64,000 nt of DNA from Octopus vulgaris (Eukaryota). A model generated the notes under the pieces. The model ran no database searches. It saw only the letters and a program-made list of their open reading frames with translations, and was not told where the DNA came from. Shown here piece by piece: positions 28,266 to 42,392 of this stretch. The stretch lies in NCBI GenBank assembly GCA_951406725.2, contig OX597825.1, positions 83,576,001-83,640,000 on the forward strand. Direction: 5' to 3'. The translations under genes were made by a program, and so were the position numbers. Within the stretch, counting starts at the first letter, position 1; each line of letters starts with the position of its first letter.

Positions 28266-29152
28266 GCCATTTTCCCTTTTTCCTCTCTTCTCTTTTTCAG
28301 TCATTCGATACATCTCTTTGTGTTTTCTTACTCGGATCATTTGTACCTTGCTCTCTCTCTCTCTTTCTTCTCCTTTGTTTCTGTCTCTCTCACTTTCTCT
28401 CTCTCTCGCATACACACTCACACACGCGCGCACTTTCTATATGTCTCTGATGTCGCAATGTCTCTGATGTGTTAAGACGTCATAAGGAACACATCACCTC
28501 GATGTCAATCTACTCTATTTATCGTAAGACAACTGGAACGCCGAGAAAAATTATGGGAATTTCCTAAATGATATCAAACTGTAAATAAAATAATTCAACA
28601 AATATCTAAATACATGTTCTAGTTTGCTATCAGGAAGAATCTCGATTAAGGAAATATTTATAACTTCATTCTGAAACGCCCAGGATCTTTTGGTCGTTGA
28701 TGTTGTTCCTCTCCCCTCTTCTCTTATTTTGTTCTATGAAATTCCATTTTCTCTCCTCATAAAAGTGTTCACTTCTCGAAATAAATCAATGACGGGTTGT
28801 ACTGTCAGCACTAGAAGACAAACGTAATTCTTAAATTAAGTTTGTGTCCTAGTTACTGAAACAATCGGATAGACAGTTTATAAAAATTTCCTCAGCAAAG
28901 GCATGGCTATTGTTAGGAATTCCGCTTTGCAGTCACATGGTATGGGTCTTAGTACCTTTAAGTCTCACCTTGTATAAGTGTCTTCTATTATAATGCTATA
29001 GCCCCAGACTGACCGATGTTCGTGGGCAGATCTAGCAGCCGGTAACTGTGTGGAACCTGCTAGTATATATATCCATATACTCTTTTATTCTTTTACTTGT
29101 TTCAGTCATTTTGACTGCGGCGATATATATATATATATATATACTTATACAC

Positions 29153-29511
<359 letters not shown>

Positions 29512-30600
29512 AATGAAGATCAAATAACTAGTGCTTCAGATTATGTGTGCGTGCGTGTGTGTGTGATAGAGTAAGAGAACAGATGTTTGTGTGTGCATAT
29601 CTCTCTTTGTTCATCTCCCAGCGCTTGACAACCGGTGTTCTTGCATTTACCTCCTAGTACCTTAACTGCTCGACGAAACATTTCGATGGAATAAATGCCA
29701 GACTTTGAAGTACTGATATCTACTTGTACGAAAACAAAGCCTTCAATGTGTTGCCACAGCACGGCTGCAATTCGATTAATGAAACGAGTAAAAGATATTC
29801 AATTGTAGTTATGAACACAAATCTTGCAGGATGATATTTTACAAAGATGTTATTGTCTTTAAAATTAACAGTCTTTTGTTTACATTCAAGTAAAACTGTA
29901 TTATCTGTAATTCCTGTTTTGCCTGAGAACATTTGTGTTTGAGATAATATAACGCAGGTGAAACGTACAGCAGTAGGCAACATTATGAACCAGAGAAAAT
30001 CTCATCAACTTATAACCATATATAACCATAATATGTTTACTCGTTATTAGGAGCTGTGTGTGTCAAGACAAAAACTATAGACAAAGCTATTGACTATTTT
30101 ATTGCTCTGCAAAACAAGTTTACAGGATCTGTGTTCCCGTTTGTATATCTGCTTTTCATTTGTTTATACTCATTCGATATGAAGTAATAAGTATAAATAT
30201 CTGTAAAGATAATAAATCATGACATGAATTGAGCTGTCGTTCACAACTGTTCCCTTGTTTGCACGTTCAGATGCGGTGCACATGTTTCGTCCTTACAACG
30301 CATGAGCGAGTTCAAACCGATTTACAAATTACTCCTAGGATACTCAATGAAGTTACTGATTAAAACAAAAAAAAAAAAAGCATGAGTTGTGTATAACTAA
30401 GATGTATCACAGGTGTCAGACATTTAACCACCATCCATCCAATTGAGATGACGAGAGAAAATTATTCTGTTAATCAATTCACCAACGAAGTATAATTGGT
30501 GTATGATTATATGGAAGTGATAAATCATGCTGTTACATCTATCTGACTATCTATCAATCCACTCGTCTGTCTATGCCTCTCTATTTCCCTCTCTCTCTAT

Positions 30601-30644
<44 letters not shown>

Positions 30645-30656
30645 TATATATGTATG

Positions 30657-30736
<80 letters not shown>

Positions 30737-31424
30737 TATATGCATATACGTGTAAGTATGTATATATATGTGTGTCTATATAAGTGTGTATACATATATA
30801 TATATCTTTACTAACCTTGTAGACAGTCAATTTTGTAGCAATACACGCAATTATTTGCAAATTTAATACACAAACCTATATATATATATATATACAGAAG
30901 ATATATGTGCATATATATATAATGTGCGTGTGCGTGTGTGTATGAGTGTGTGTTGGTTTGTGTGTGTGTGTGTGTGTGCGTGCAAAATGTGGCTGATACT
31001 TTTGAGCAGACAAAGTAAAAGATGGCGTATGTAGGTACGGGTAAAAGAAATATCCACGGAAATACTGAACAAATATTATCGTAAACATAAACAATTGCAG
31101 AATGCCAAATTTCCCCCAGATAATTCTGATTGGAAAGGAGTGACCAAGAGCTCGAACTTGGACATATTCCAAGGAGATAGAAGTTTCCTTTTGTCTACAT
31201 CTCTTATAATATTCTGTCTTTAAGTTTACCGTCTGACATCAATAAACGGTCGCAAACCCAGACAGAGACGCATAAATTTGCTGGGTGTGTGACTGCGGGT
31301 GTCCATGCGTGTGTAGGATACGAATGTATGTGTACAAATGTATGTGGCTTGTACATGTAAGTGTGTGCGTTTGAGTGTGTGTGTGTATGCATATATATTA
31401 TATATAAAATTATGCATACATATG

Positions 31425-31470
<46 letters not shown>

Positions 31471-31663
31471 CATAACTGTGTATATATATATACACACACA
31501 GATATTTACATATGTGGGCATATATATATTCTTATATTCTTTTACTCGTTTCAGTCATTTCACTGCGGCCATGCCGCAGCACTGCCTTTGTTCGAAGAAA
31601 TCCACCCTTATATATATGCACACACAGATATATATATATATATATATTACCACACATCCATAA

Positions 31664-31698
<35 letters not shown>

Positions 31699-32137
31699 CA
31701 TACATACATACATACATACATACATACACACATACGTACTTACATTCATACATACATGCATACATACATACATACATTCACAAACAGGCAGACATATATA
31801 TATATATGCATACCTGTTTATACACTGAGAAACGTCTCCGCAAATATATGTAGACGTATGCCTACACATATATATTTTTCTGCTTCTGCGTGTCTCTGCG
31901 TTGCGTTCCGACATTCATTAACATTCATTAGGCTTCGTTAGTTTCCACTTGTTTCTCGCTTTGTCTTGCTTTGTTTTGTGTTTTTAATTTATACCCCTTT
32001 CTATAATTATTCCATAATATTAAGAAGCAATATTAATACAATTTTCATAATACCATACACAATTGATCCATTATAAATTACTAAGTTAACATCAAATTAA
32101 ATATACACATATATGTATATATATATACATATATGTA

Positions 32138-32175
<38 letters not shown>

Positions 32176-32233
32176 TACATACATATATACATAAATGTAT
32201 GAAGCTATATTTATGTATATATTTATACATGTA

Positions 32234-32367
<134 letters not shown>

Positions 32368-33239
32368 GTCTATATATAGGTGTGTGTGTGTGAGGATGTA
32401 TGCGTGTATTGGTTCAATTGTTAATGAATTGCATCGCAGTAATGTCGACATAGTGAAGTCTGATATCAATTAAGCTTTGATTAATTACAAATAATTAGGA
32501 AAAAAATCAAGAGAGAAAAGTGAAGCCAATCTCTATGTCGAGACTCGAACCCCAGTTTCAGGCTTTTAGGTGAAAGCCGAACCTATGAGTCTAAAATATA
32601 TATATTTTTTAATTTTGGCACGATGCCAGCAACTCTGAGGGAAAACGGAAGTGGATTATATCGTCTTTAGAAATGCCGCTAAGCATTTTGCAAGGCACGC
32701 CTTGGGTGATTCAATTATATCTAATTTTCCGTAAAAGGGAGCAAACACGTCGAATAGTTAAAGAGTGCGGCTTAAAATACTAAGCTCCGGCCATCCTCCT
32801 GCGAGTTCAAATCCCATCGAGACATTACGGGTGATGAACAAAGAACCACTCTACTGCTATTGCTTCCACTAACGGTATCGGATATCTCGTAAATTCCGCT
32901 ATTCGATACTGCGTCATTGTTGTACGAGGAGTCAGCGTTAAAAACTATCTCCTCTGATGACTCTTTTGCATATATTACTTATGAGAGTTTTGAGAACAGA
33001 GCGTGGGAGATTGGAGTACTTGTTAGTTGACAATAACCTATCATTAGGATTAATATGGCTTAAAGGTGCAAATCTAAGTTGATATATAAAAATATTCCTG
33101 CCAACTTTTGGAAGAATACAATAAAATTCTTCCTGTGTTCAATCAGCTGATGCCCATTCATATTACGGGTGATAAGGAGTCCAACATCCCTATTTAGATC
33201 TGAGATGGATATGTCTACGATTTCACGACACTTGAAGTC

Positions 33240-33740
33240 ATGTTTCAGTCAACATCATGGTGTTTGGAGGGATCACTAGTGATGTCAACGTTATGTCTCC
33301 ATTCATCTTCCCACACGGCCTCACGCTCAACACCTACATCAAGTGCCTGGAGGAGGTAGTGCTGCCCTGGGTCAACAGGGTGGCTGCTGGACGACCCTAT
33401 GTCTGGCAACAGGTCTCTGCATCATGCCACACACGCAGGGGAACACAGTCATGGCTGTCAGACAATTTCTGCGACCACACCACCCCCAACTTCTGGCAAA
33501 CAAACTCCCCAGACTGCAACATCGTTGATTATTATGCGTGGGGCGCAGTTGAGCAAAAGACCAACAAAACCCCCTCTAATACCAAAGATGAACTGAAGGC
33601 AAGGATTATGGTAGCATTCACCAACTTAAACAAGAAGACCATCCAGAAGAGTTGCAGGAGATTCCAATGTTATGTGGAGGCCATGGTTGAAGCCGATGGC
33701 GATATTATTTAATAAATTTACCCTTCAGCATTTCAAGATA
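33240..33740 (+). pseudogene. maT (DD37D) Tc1/mariner transposase 3' half, inactive
   Basis: ORF 33257-33712 has WQQ(V)SASCHT...SPDCNIVDYYAWG. There are 37 residues between the second catalytic position (D mutated to V) and the third D. Confidence 0.9.
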
Positions 33741-34097
33741 TTTTAATTTAGACGACAATTTATTCATCGCACCTTGTATGTATATATATATATATGTGTG
33801 TGTGTGTGCATGTGTGTGCGTGTATGAGTGTGTGTGTGCATGTGTGTGTGTATATGTAATATATATGTATATATATAGGTATATATGTGTTTATATATAT
33901 ATACATATCTATATATGCCTTTGTGTCTGTGTGGCTGTGTGTGTCCGAAACTGGTTAGTCTGTTCACGTAAAAGGAAAGATGTTTTGTTTAACTCATTCA
34001 TAAATATATTCTGAGGTATTTATTCGTGAAAATATAATTGATTTCTCTAGCTTTAATGAGTAGGCGTTTCCTACGTAGGTGCAACACACACACACAC

Positions 34098-34206
<109 letters not shown>

Positions 34207-34699
34207 GTTTGTATGTATACGTACATCCATGCACACACACACTCATTCATAAGTAGATATATTTATAGCACAACCGGACGAGAATAGACGTAGGTGTTAA
34301 GCGTAGGCTGGGAGCATTAAGTTACGGATACAGCAGAGTGATTCTGCTAACAAGCGTGACGGAAATACAGGATTGATAGATCTAGTAAGACTTTGAATTC
34401 AACTCTTAAGTGAGCATATTTCCTCATCTACCAATATCTGTTCGAATGATGAATGATGTTATTTATTTATACATAACAGGATTTTGAAATCCCATTCCAG
34501 TTTGTGAAAATGTATTTAATAATTTCCTAACTGTTTTCTAACTGCTTGTTTCCTGCCATCATCATTCGTCTCAGTGGCTAATTTATTATTGAATATACTA
34601 CGGTACTCCGTCGGTTACGACGACGAGGGTTGAAGTTGATGTGATCAACGGAACTGCCTGCTCTTGAAATTAACGTGAAAGTGGCTGAGCACTCCGTCT

Positions 34700-35000
34700 G
34701 ATCGACTGGCCCCCTCCCCCAAAATTTGGGCATTGTGCCTAGAGTAGAATAGAATATCAATTTATTTATTCGTCTGTCTTTACGTTCTGAGTTCAAATTT
34801 CACCGTGGACGACTTTGCCTTTCATCCTTTCGGGGTCGATAAATTAAGTACCAGTTGCATACTGGGGTCGATATAATCGACTGCCCCTCTCCCCAAAATC
34901 ATTCGGGCCTTGCGCCCTGACAGTTGCATACTGGGGTCGATCTAATCAAATGGCTTCCTCCCCCGAAAATTTGGGCCTTGTGACTAGAATAGAAAATAAT
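34700..35000 (+). mobile_element. SINE family A fragments with duplicated 3' segments
   Basis: TTCTGAGTTCAAATTT..GACTTTGCCTTTCATCCTTTCGGGGTCGAT. The segment CAGTTGCATACTGGGGTCGAT is repeated. Confidence 0.75.
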
Positions 35001-35939
35001 ATTAATTTATTCATTATTTCTATACCAAATACGGCTTATAAGGGGCAGGTATGGTCGTACGGTTGAGAAGTTTCCTTCGCAACCACATTGCACGCGAGTA
35101 TTTCATAAATACTCCAAGGACTTACAACCGTGCCGTTCGCATTTAATGGTTGCCATTCAACCACCCTTGTCAGGGATATGGCGAAATGGATCCAACCTTC
35201 ATAAACTTGTGTATTTTCCTGTGGGTATACAGTAGCTCCACCTGTATTATAGAAAATATCCCTATAATTGTTTATGCATCCATCCATTATTTTCAATTTG
35301 AAGATTATAAAAGCTGACCAAATGCGTTCGATTAATCCCTTAAACTATTGACTGACAACTTATTGTCGCTGCGGCAATTGTTGCATAATTAAAATTGCTA
35401 AAGACAGCAATTAGCGAAATTAAATTTTTTTCTCTTGTTTTAGGCAACATGTATTTAATATTTTTATTCCTGTCGTATATGTGTGATTGTGTGTGTTTGT
35501 GTGTGTGTGTGTGAGGCCTTTTCAATAATCGGAAGTGTTAGACCAGGAAATTTTAATTAATAAAAATTGCCCCTATAGTAATGATACTAATCGTTTAGAA
35601 GTATTACAGATCAAAAGATAATTACTAACAATATTGAACTGTGGGCGATCGGCTTCAGGTGATATATATAGCATTACAGGAAGGAAGTATAAACGTAGGT
35701 GCAAAGAGTTGGCTGACAGCGTTGGCTGCGGTCACCATGGAATGGTTCCGCTAACAGCTATTACAGAAATACGTCATTAATGGCTATTAAAATAATGATT
35801 TTTAATCCCGATACTAGTCAAAGCATTTTCTAATCTATCAAGCGCTATTTAACCGAATTAAATTAGCCATATCCGTGATCGTTCGTAATAACTATTGGAG
35901 CATTATGGGGAAAAAAGTATTTATATTTTTTTCACATAT

Positions 35940-36350
35940 GCGCAGGAGTGGCTGTGTGGTAAGTAGCTTGCTTACAAACCACATGATTCCGGGTTCAGTC
36001 CCACTGCGTGGCAACTTGGGCAAGTATCTTCTACTATAGCCTCGGGCCAACCAAAGCCTTGTGATTGGTTTTGGTAGACGGAAACCGAAAGAAGCTCGAC
36101 GTATATATGTATATATATGTATAAATGCATGTGTGTATATGTTTGTGTGCGTGTGTTTGTCGCCCCAACATCACTTGACAACCGATGCTGGTGTGTTTAT
36201 GTTCCCGTCAACTAGCGGTTCGGCAAAAGAGACCGATAGAATAAGTACTAGGCTTACAAAGAATAAGTCCTGAGTCGATTTGCTCGACTAAAGGCGGTGC
36301 TCCAGCATGGCCACAGTCAAATAACTGAAACAAGTAAAAGAGTAAAGAGT
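35940..36350 (+). mobile_element. tRNA-derived SINE family B, full length
   Basis: GCGCAGGAGTGGCTGTGTGGTAAG (A box), GGTTCAGTCCC (B box), internal (TA/TG)n, tail ACTGAAACAAGTAAAAGAGTAAAGAG. A degenerate second copy follows to about 36790. Confidence 0.9.
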
Positions 36351-36911
36351 ATATAGGCGTATGATGAATGCGTGGTAATGAAACTGGCGTTGTAATCACA
36401 ATGTCTCACGTTCAGTCCCATTGCATGACTGGTATCTTCTACTGTCCCAGACCGACCAATGCGTTGTGAGTAAATTTGACGGACGGAGAAACCCACGTAT
36501 ATATGTGCATGTGTGTGCGAGTGAGTCTGTGTGTGTATGCGTGGGTGTGTGTTTTTCGCGTGCGTGTTTTCTGTACGTGCGATAATATTTGTGTCTTTGT
36601 GTCTGTATTTTGTACCCACCAGACCCCCTTGAAAACTGGCGATGATTTGCTTACATAGCTGTAATTTAGCTGTTCGACAAAGATGCCGATACAATAAGTG
36701 CCGATAGAATTGAAATATGCATCAGTTGATTTCTTCAACTACTTCCCTTCAAAGCGGTGCCCCAGTATGGCCTCCATTGAAATAAGTGCAGTTACTAACA
36801 GACAAATGCCAAGCGAAATAACGCATTTATTTATTCTATTCAAAGTTATGACAATGTATCTAATAAAAACCTCTTTGCTACTATTTACTTACGAATAGGT
36901 TTGTTTAAAAT

Positions 36912-37483
36912 TTCGGCACAATGCCAGCAATTTCCGAGGAGGGTTAAATCGATGGTATGAATCCTAGTACTCGACTGGTAATTATTCTATCGACCCTGAA
37001 CGAATGAAAAGTAAATCCGACTTCGGAAAATTTGAACTCAGAACGTAAAGCCGGACGAAATACCTATTTCTGTACTACCAAACAAGGGGCTAAACACCGA
37101 AGGGACAAACAAGGACAGACAAATGGATTAAGTCGATTATATCGACCGCCGGTGCGTAACTGGTACTTATTTAATCGACCCCGAAAGTATGAAAGGCAAA
37201 GTCGACTTCGGCGGAATTCGAACTCCGAACGTAAAGCCAGGCGAAATACCTATTTCTTTATTACCCACAAGGGGGATAAACATAGAGGGGACAAACAAGG
37301 ACAGACATAGGTATCAAGTCGATTATATCGACCCTAGTGTGTAAGTGGTACTTAATTTATCGACCCCGAAATGATGAAAGACAAAGTCGACTTCGGCGGG
37401 ATTTGAACTCACAACGTAACGGCAGACGAAATACCACTAAGCAAATTTTCCCGACGCTGCAACGATTCTGCAAGCTTGCCGCT
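36912..37483 (-). mobile_element. Three SINE family A units in tandem
   Basis: The junction GAAATACC|TATTTC occurs twice, near 37064 and 37250. Confidence 0.9.
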
Positions 37484-38451
37484 TTATTTCCATACTAATA
37501 TATTGCAATTGAGTTATAAAGCAGTGAGCTGGTAGAATCGCTAGTCTTTGCATCCTGGGTTCGAATCCCACCATGGTCGACTGTGCTTTCATTCTTTCGA
37601 GAAATGCTGCTAACCATTTTGTTCAACTTGCTAGTAATTCTACCAGGTCGATTCTTTATGTAGAGAAACCATAATTCTTCCGTAATACAGGCCCAAGGCC
37701 CGAAATTATGGTTGCACGGGGTATTGTTGATTGCATCAATCGCAGTGTTCAGCCGATATTTATTTATCAACCCCGAAAAGATGGAAACAGTATTGATTTC
37801 AGCGAAATTTTAACTCTGAAAGTGGCGAAAGAAACTCTGCTAAAATATTTAACCATTTTGCTACTGATTCCAGGAGCGCGTTGCCTTGTTTAGGGAAATT
37901 ATGCTTCTTCTGTGATGTAGGCCCAAGACCCCAAAAGTAGGCTCAGGCGGTACAGAATAGTTGATTGCATCGACCCCAGAGTTTAATCAGTACTTATTTT
38001 GTCGGTGTTTGTGTTCTTTTCTCTTATCTTCCGTTGTGGCCGACCTTGCTTTTCATCCTTTCTTGATCGATGAAATAAGTGCCACGTTATCAATGGGATA
38101 CATGTAATCGACTAGGCCCTTTTCTCCAAATTTCAGGCCTTGTGCCTATAACAGAAAGTATATTAATGGATGAAGTTGCTTCATATTTACAACAGCTCAA
38201 TCCACATGACCTCACATTCACCATGTGGCCTTCACCCCACGTTACTAAAGAGCAGACAGTAAGTATTGCACTGAAGGATTTTCCGAGCAAGGGATCAAGC
38301 AACGGGGTTCTATTTATTGCTCAGCAATTTTAATTGACATTACTCCAAGGATTCATTCTTACAGAGAATAACCAAGAATAAATTTATAATCCAAAACAAC
38401 GATGTGCAGAGGATTTGCAGCAAAAATTAACAAAGAACATGTGCAAACATA

Positions 38452-38743
38452 CAGTTCTATATGCCCAGGGGCATATGGCGTAGTGGTGAATAGCGCGGGC
38501 TACTAACCTCAAGATTCCGTGTTCGAGTCGAAGCAGTGGCCTGAACACTAACAATAATAATAATAATAATAATAATGATAATAATAATAATAACAACAAC
38601 AACATCGGAAAATTCCTTAGGAATGAAAACCCAAGTTCGAAATTTCCTGAAGAAGGCAGGACGGTATATCAGCCGAAACGTTGTGTTAACAACAAACAAG
38701 ATGAGGACAAATATCCGTCAAATTTAAATAATGTAAATAATGT
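38452..38743 (+). mobile_element. tRNA-head / (AAT)n / hammerhead-tail element, copy 2, with TSD
   Basis: A box TGGCGTAGTGG, B box GTTCGAGTC, CTGAAGA-AGGC..GCC-GAAACGTT. 13-bp direct repeat ATGTGCAAACATA at 38439-38451 and 38744-38756. Confidence 0.8.
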
Positions 38744-38930
38744 ATGTGCAAACATATTTGCACATACATTATTATGTTAAAGGTATATGTCAAAGTTACG
38801 TAAATTTTAACGATAGCAATAATGAGCAGCTGCCTTCATGTAAAACAGCCAAACTTTTAGTAAAAGACTGGAAGACGTTAATCGTAAATATTTTATTGCA
38901 TAGAATTTTGTATCTTGTATTATAAGAAGA

Positions 38931-39260
38931 CTAGCAGTATCGCCCGGCGTTGCTCGGGTTTGTAAGGGAAATAGCTATATAAGCATTTTTAGAGATGTAA
39001 AGTATAATAGCCATCTCAATATGGCTAACAACAAAGGGGGTGGGGGTGTTACTGTAGCTTTTTACGTTCTGAGATTCAATAATACATTTTTAGAGAGTTA
39101 CTTCCCTTATATAAACCGAGCGAAAATGCATTAAAAATACGGAAAAATTATGGAAATTTTTTTTTTAAATCGTAGACTCATCGTAGACGCGCGCTAATAC
39201 CCAGAAGATCTCGATATGAATCACGACTATAAGATACCCGGTTTTGGTTAAACTGCAATT
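38931..39260 (-). mobile_element. Non-autonomous Helitron-like element, 3' end
   Basis: Minus strand ends with the GC hairpin CCCGAGCAACGCCGGG, 8 nt, then CTAG followed by T, which is a canonical Helitron 3' terminus. The 5' limit is uncertain. Confidence 0.6.
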
Positions 39261-39469
39261 TCATATAATGAGATCTCAAAATAGACGAAAGCAATTAATT
39301 ATATACTGTGCTGCTGCTTTTTCTACTGTTTTTACATGCCTCTAACTTCGCCGTTCGGCAAAAAGGGTCTGACGAAATAAGTTTCAGGCTTAAAACAATT
39401 TTAGAGCAATGACTGAAACAATCATCATGGCAATCTCTCAAGGTCGAGGATGATAGTCTTCGCGCAAAT

Positions 39470-41199
39470 TTACTGGTGAGTCCGTAGGTGACCGATAAGA
39501 CCAATTCTTGCTTGAAAAGATCGGTCGCAGTGCGGACATCTAGTGCCGGAAGGGAGAGTCGCACGTGGTTGTTGTTGTTGGCGCTCTTTCCGTCGTCGTC
39601 TTTTCTCCTCCAGCTCTGCAGACCTTTTCGACTCGAAAGTCGCCGTTCCCTCATGGATGGTGGTTTTCCAGAGTGGTCTGTTTTTTGCCGTTTCCTCCCA
39701 GTCGATGTCACACATTTTGAGGTTCGTTTTCAGGGAGTCATTGTAGCGTTTCTTCTGGCTTCCTTTTGTGCGCTTGCCGTCTTTGAGTTGGGAGTAGAAG
39801 ATCTGTTTGGGAAGTCGTTCGTCAGTCATTCTAACCACGTGGCCGCTCCATCTTAGTTGGCCTTTGATGACATAGGCTTCGATGCTGGTCATTTTTGCTT
39901 CTTGTAGCACGCTGACGTTTGTTCTTCTGTCTTCCCAGCTGATGTTAAGGGTCTTCCGAAGACAGCGTTGGTGAAATTTCTCGAGCGTTTTCAGGTGGTG
40001 ACTATACGGGGTCCGGGTTTCGGATGCGTAAAGGAGGGTTGGAATAATGACTGCCCTGTACACCATGAGTTTGGTTTCGGTTCGGATGTCCCGATCAGCA
40101 AAACCTCTTGTTCGAAGCTTGCCGAAAGCTGTTCCTGCACACTTCAGACGGTGTTGGATTTCATCGCTGAGGTCTACCTTTGCTGACAGATGGCTCCCAA
40201 GGTAGCAGAAATGGTTCACATTTTCCAGTGGAATTCCTTCGAGTTGAATCGATGGCGGGTTGTCAACACGTGCATTGGGAGGAGGTTGGTAGAGTAAGTG
40301 AGTCTTCTTGATGTTGATGCTCAGTCCAAGTTTAGTAGGTGCATGATGAAAAGCATTTAGGATCTGTTGGAGGTGATCCTCTCTGTAAGCTGCTACACTG
40401 TTGTCGTCGGCATATTGGAACTCTAGCAAGCTTCGCACCATTGTCCTTGACGTACTTTTGAGGCGAGCGAGGTTGAAAAGCTTGCCGTCCATTCTGTACG
40501 AGATCTCGAGCTAGGTGGAAGGTCATCTCGTATGATGTGCAACACTGTCGCGATAAAGATGGTAAAGAGGGTTGGCACTATCACGCAGTCTCGCTTCACT
40601 CCGGAGGTGACTTTAAAGGGCTCAGGACTGCCTCTGTCGGTCTGGACTCTGGCGTGCATATTGTCGTGGAGGAGTTTGAAGATCCGGATGAACTTATCTG
40701 GGCATCCATACTGGGCGAGAATATCCCAGAGGAGCCCTCGCGAGACACGATCAAAGGCTTTGGATAGGTCGATAAAGGCCAAATAGAGCGGTTGGTGTTG
40801 CTCACGACATTTTTCTTGTAGCTGTCGCAGCGTGAAGATCATGTCGGTTGTGCTTCGTGATGGCCTAAAGCCGGTCTGCGTCTCAGGAAGGATCCTCTCT
40901 GACAGCGTTTTGAGGCGGTTGTTCAGGATTCGAGCGAGAGAATAATCTTTGGCCTCTTTAGGAATCATGTCAAGTATGCTTTTGTCGATGGTAGCCTTGT
41001 GACTGAGGAGGTCATCGAAGTGTTCTCTCCATCTGTCTCCTATTTCAGTGTTGCTTTTCAGGATGGTCGCTCCGTCTTTCACTTTTGGTCGGAGTTTGAT
41101 TTTCATGGTGGAGGCGATGAGGCGATGATCTGTCCAACACTCATCTGCTCCAGTGGCGGCTCTGGTGAGCAACACATCTTGCTGGTCTCGGGATCTCAC
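39470..41199 (-). pseudogene. RTE reverse transcriptase and C-terminus, split over two frames
   Basis: QTGFRPSRSTTDMIF, FIDLSKAFDRV, QYADD, FCYLGS, LRWSGHVVRM and a terminal C2H2 finger. Frameshift near 40510. Confidence 0.95.
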
Positions 41200-41228
41200 G
41201 ATGATATAGTCGATGAGATGTCATTTTT

Positions 41229-42059
41229 TTATCTTGGATGCTGCCATGAGACCTTATATCGATTATTCTGGCGAAAAAGGGTGTTGGTTATCACCAGGTT
41301 ATGTTCAGCACATTTGGTGAGTAGCAGAGTTCCATTGGCATTGACTTTTCCCACTCCTTCCTTTCCGATGGTTCCTGTCCAGAGTTCACGATCTCTCCCA
41401 ACTCTGGCGTTGAAATATCCCAGGAGAATGATCTTCTCGTCCTTTGGGACGGTAGAGAGAATGCTATCAAGCTGGCTGTAAAACTCTTCCCTGACTAAAT
41501 CCTCCGCGTCAAGGGTGGGAGCATACGCGCTGATGATAGTTGCGTGCTGACTTTTGACAAGCTGGATTCGGAGGGTCATGATCGTGCGGACATTCCGATG
41601 GGCTGCCCTGTCAGTTTGGATAGAATGGTGTTTCGTATTGCAAAAACCACACCATGGATTCGTTGATGGTCGGGATCGTAACCTTCCTTTCCAGAAAAAG
41701 GTGTATTGACCGCCTTCTTCTCTCAGCCGGCCTTCTCCGGCTCTCCGGGTTTCAGTGAGAGCTACGATGTCAAAATTGAATCGATGGAGTTCCCGGGCGA
41801 TGATTGCAGTTCGCCTTTCGGGTCCGTCTGAGTTGGTGTTATCTATGAGAGTCCTGACATTCCAGGTCCCGAATTTCAGCGTTGTGTATCTTGATCTTGA
41901 TTTTCGATCGCATGATGGTGATCCCTCTGGACGCGGTTTTCCAGAGAGGATTGGGGTGAAGCAGACTATGTTTAGGTCACCTTTTCTAGCCCCTTCCCAA
42001 TTCAGGGTGAGCAGAGTGGATCCTAAACAGGGCTGCTCAGTCGTGGATACTGCTGCCAA
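41229..42059 (-). pseudogene. RTE apurinic-like endonuclease domain
   Basis: Motifs FGTWNVRTL, DIVALTETR, SAYAPT and LLG(Y)FNARVG (catalytic D replaced by Y). TDHRL lies in the next frame. Confidence 0.93.
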
Positions 42060-42392
42060 ACATCTTCCCTGCTTCTTCCGAAAGATAGAGCGACTGAATC
42101 ATGTAACCACTGCATTCGTGCCGGTTCTGCACTAGGAGCCTCCAGCCTTCACGAGCCTGCTCCCGTCATCCATCGCCGATCGGCGAAAGACTTGGAAAGA
42201 ATAAGAAGAGTGGTGGCGAAGACGCCTGTGCGTGAAATTTTTTAACGTGTGCTTGTGATCGCACGCCCAGTAAAGCACACGTAAACTTGACAGACCACCA
42301 ACTTGACCCAATGGCAAGGTAAACCGAGACGATTGGAGTCGATGGTCTGCTGCAGCCTTCGTCCGCCTTCACAGCCGTTGAGTTGTTAAGGC

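Noticed and set aside
32745-32825. tRNA-like sequence with B box GAGTTCAAATCCC
   Set aside because: Stems do not close into a cloverleaf. At most a decayed tRNA pseudogene or SINE head.
36912-37483. CRISPR-like repeat array
   Set aside because: Eukaryotic SINE tandem with no unique spacers and no cas genes.
39488-42135. Plus-strand ORFs overlapping the RTE
   Set aside because: Antisense shadow frames of the LINE ORF.
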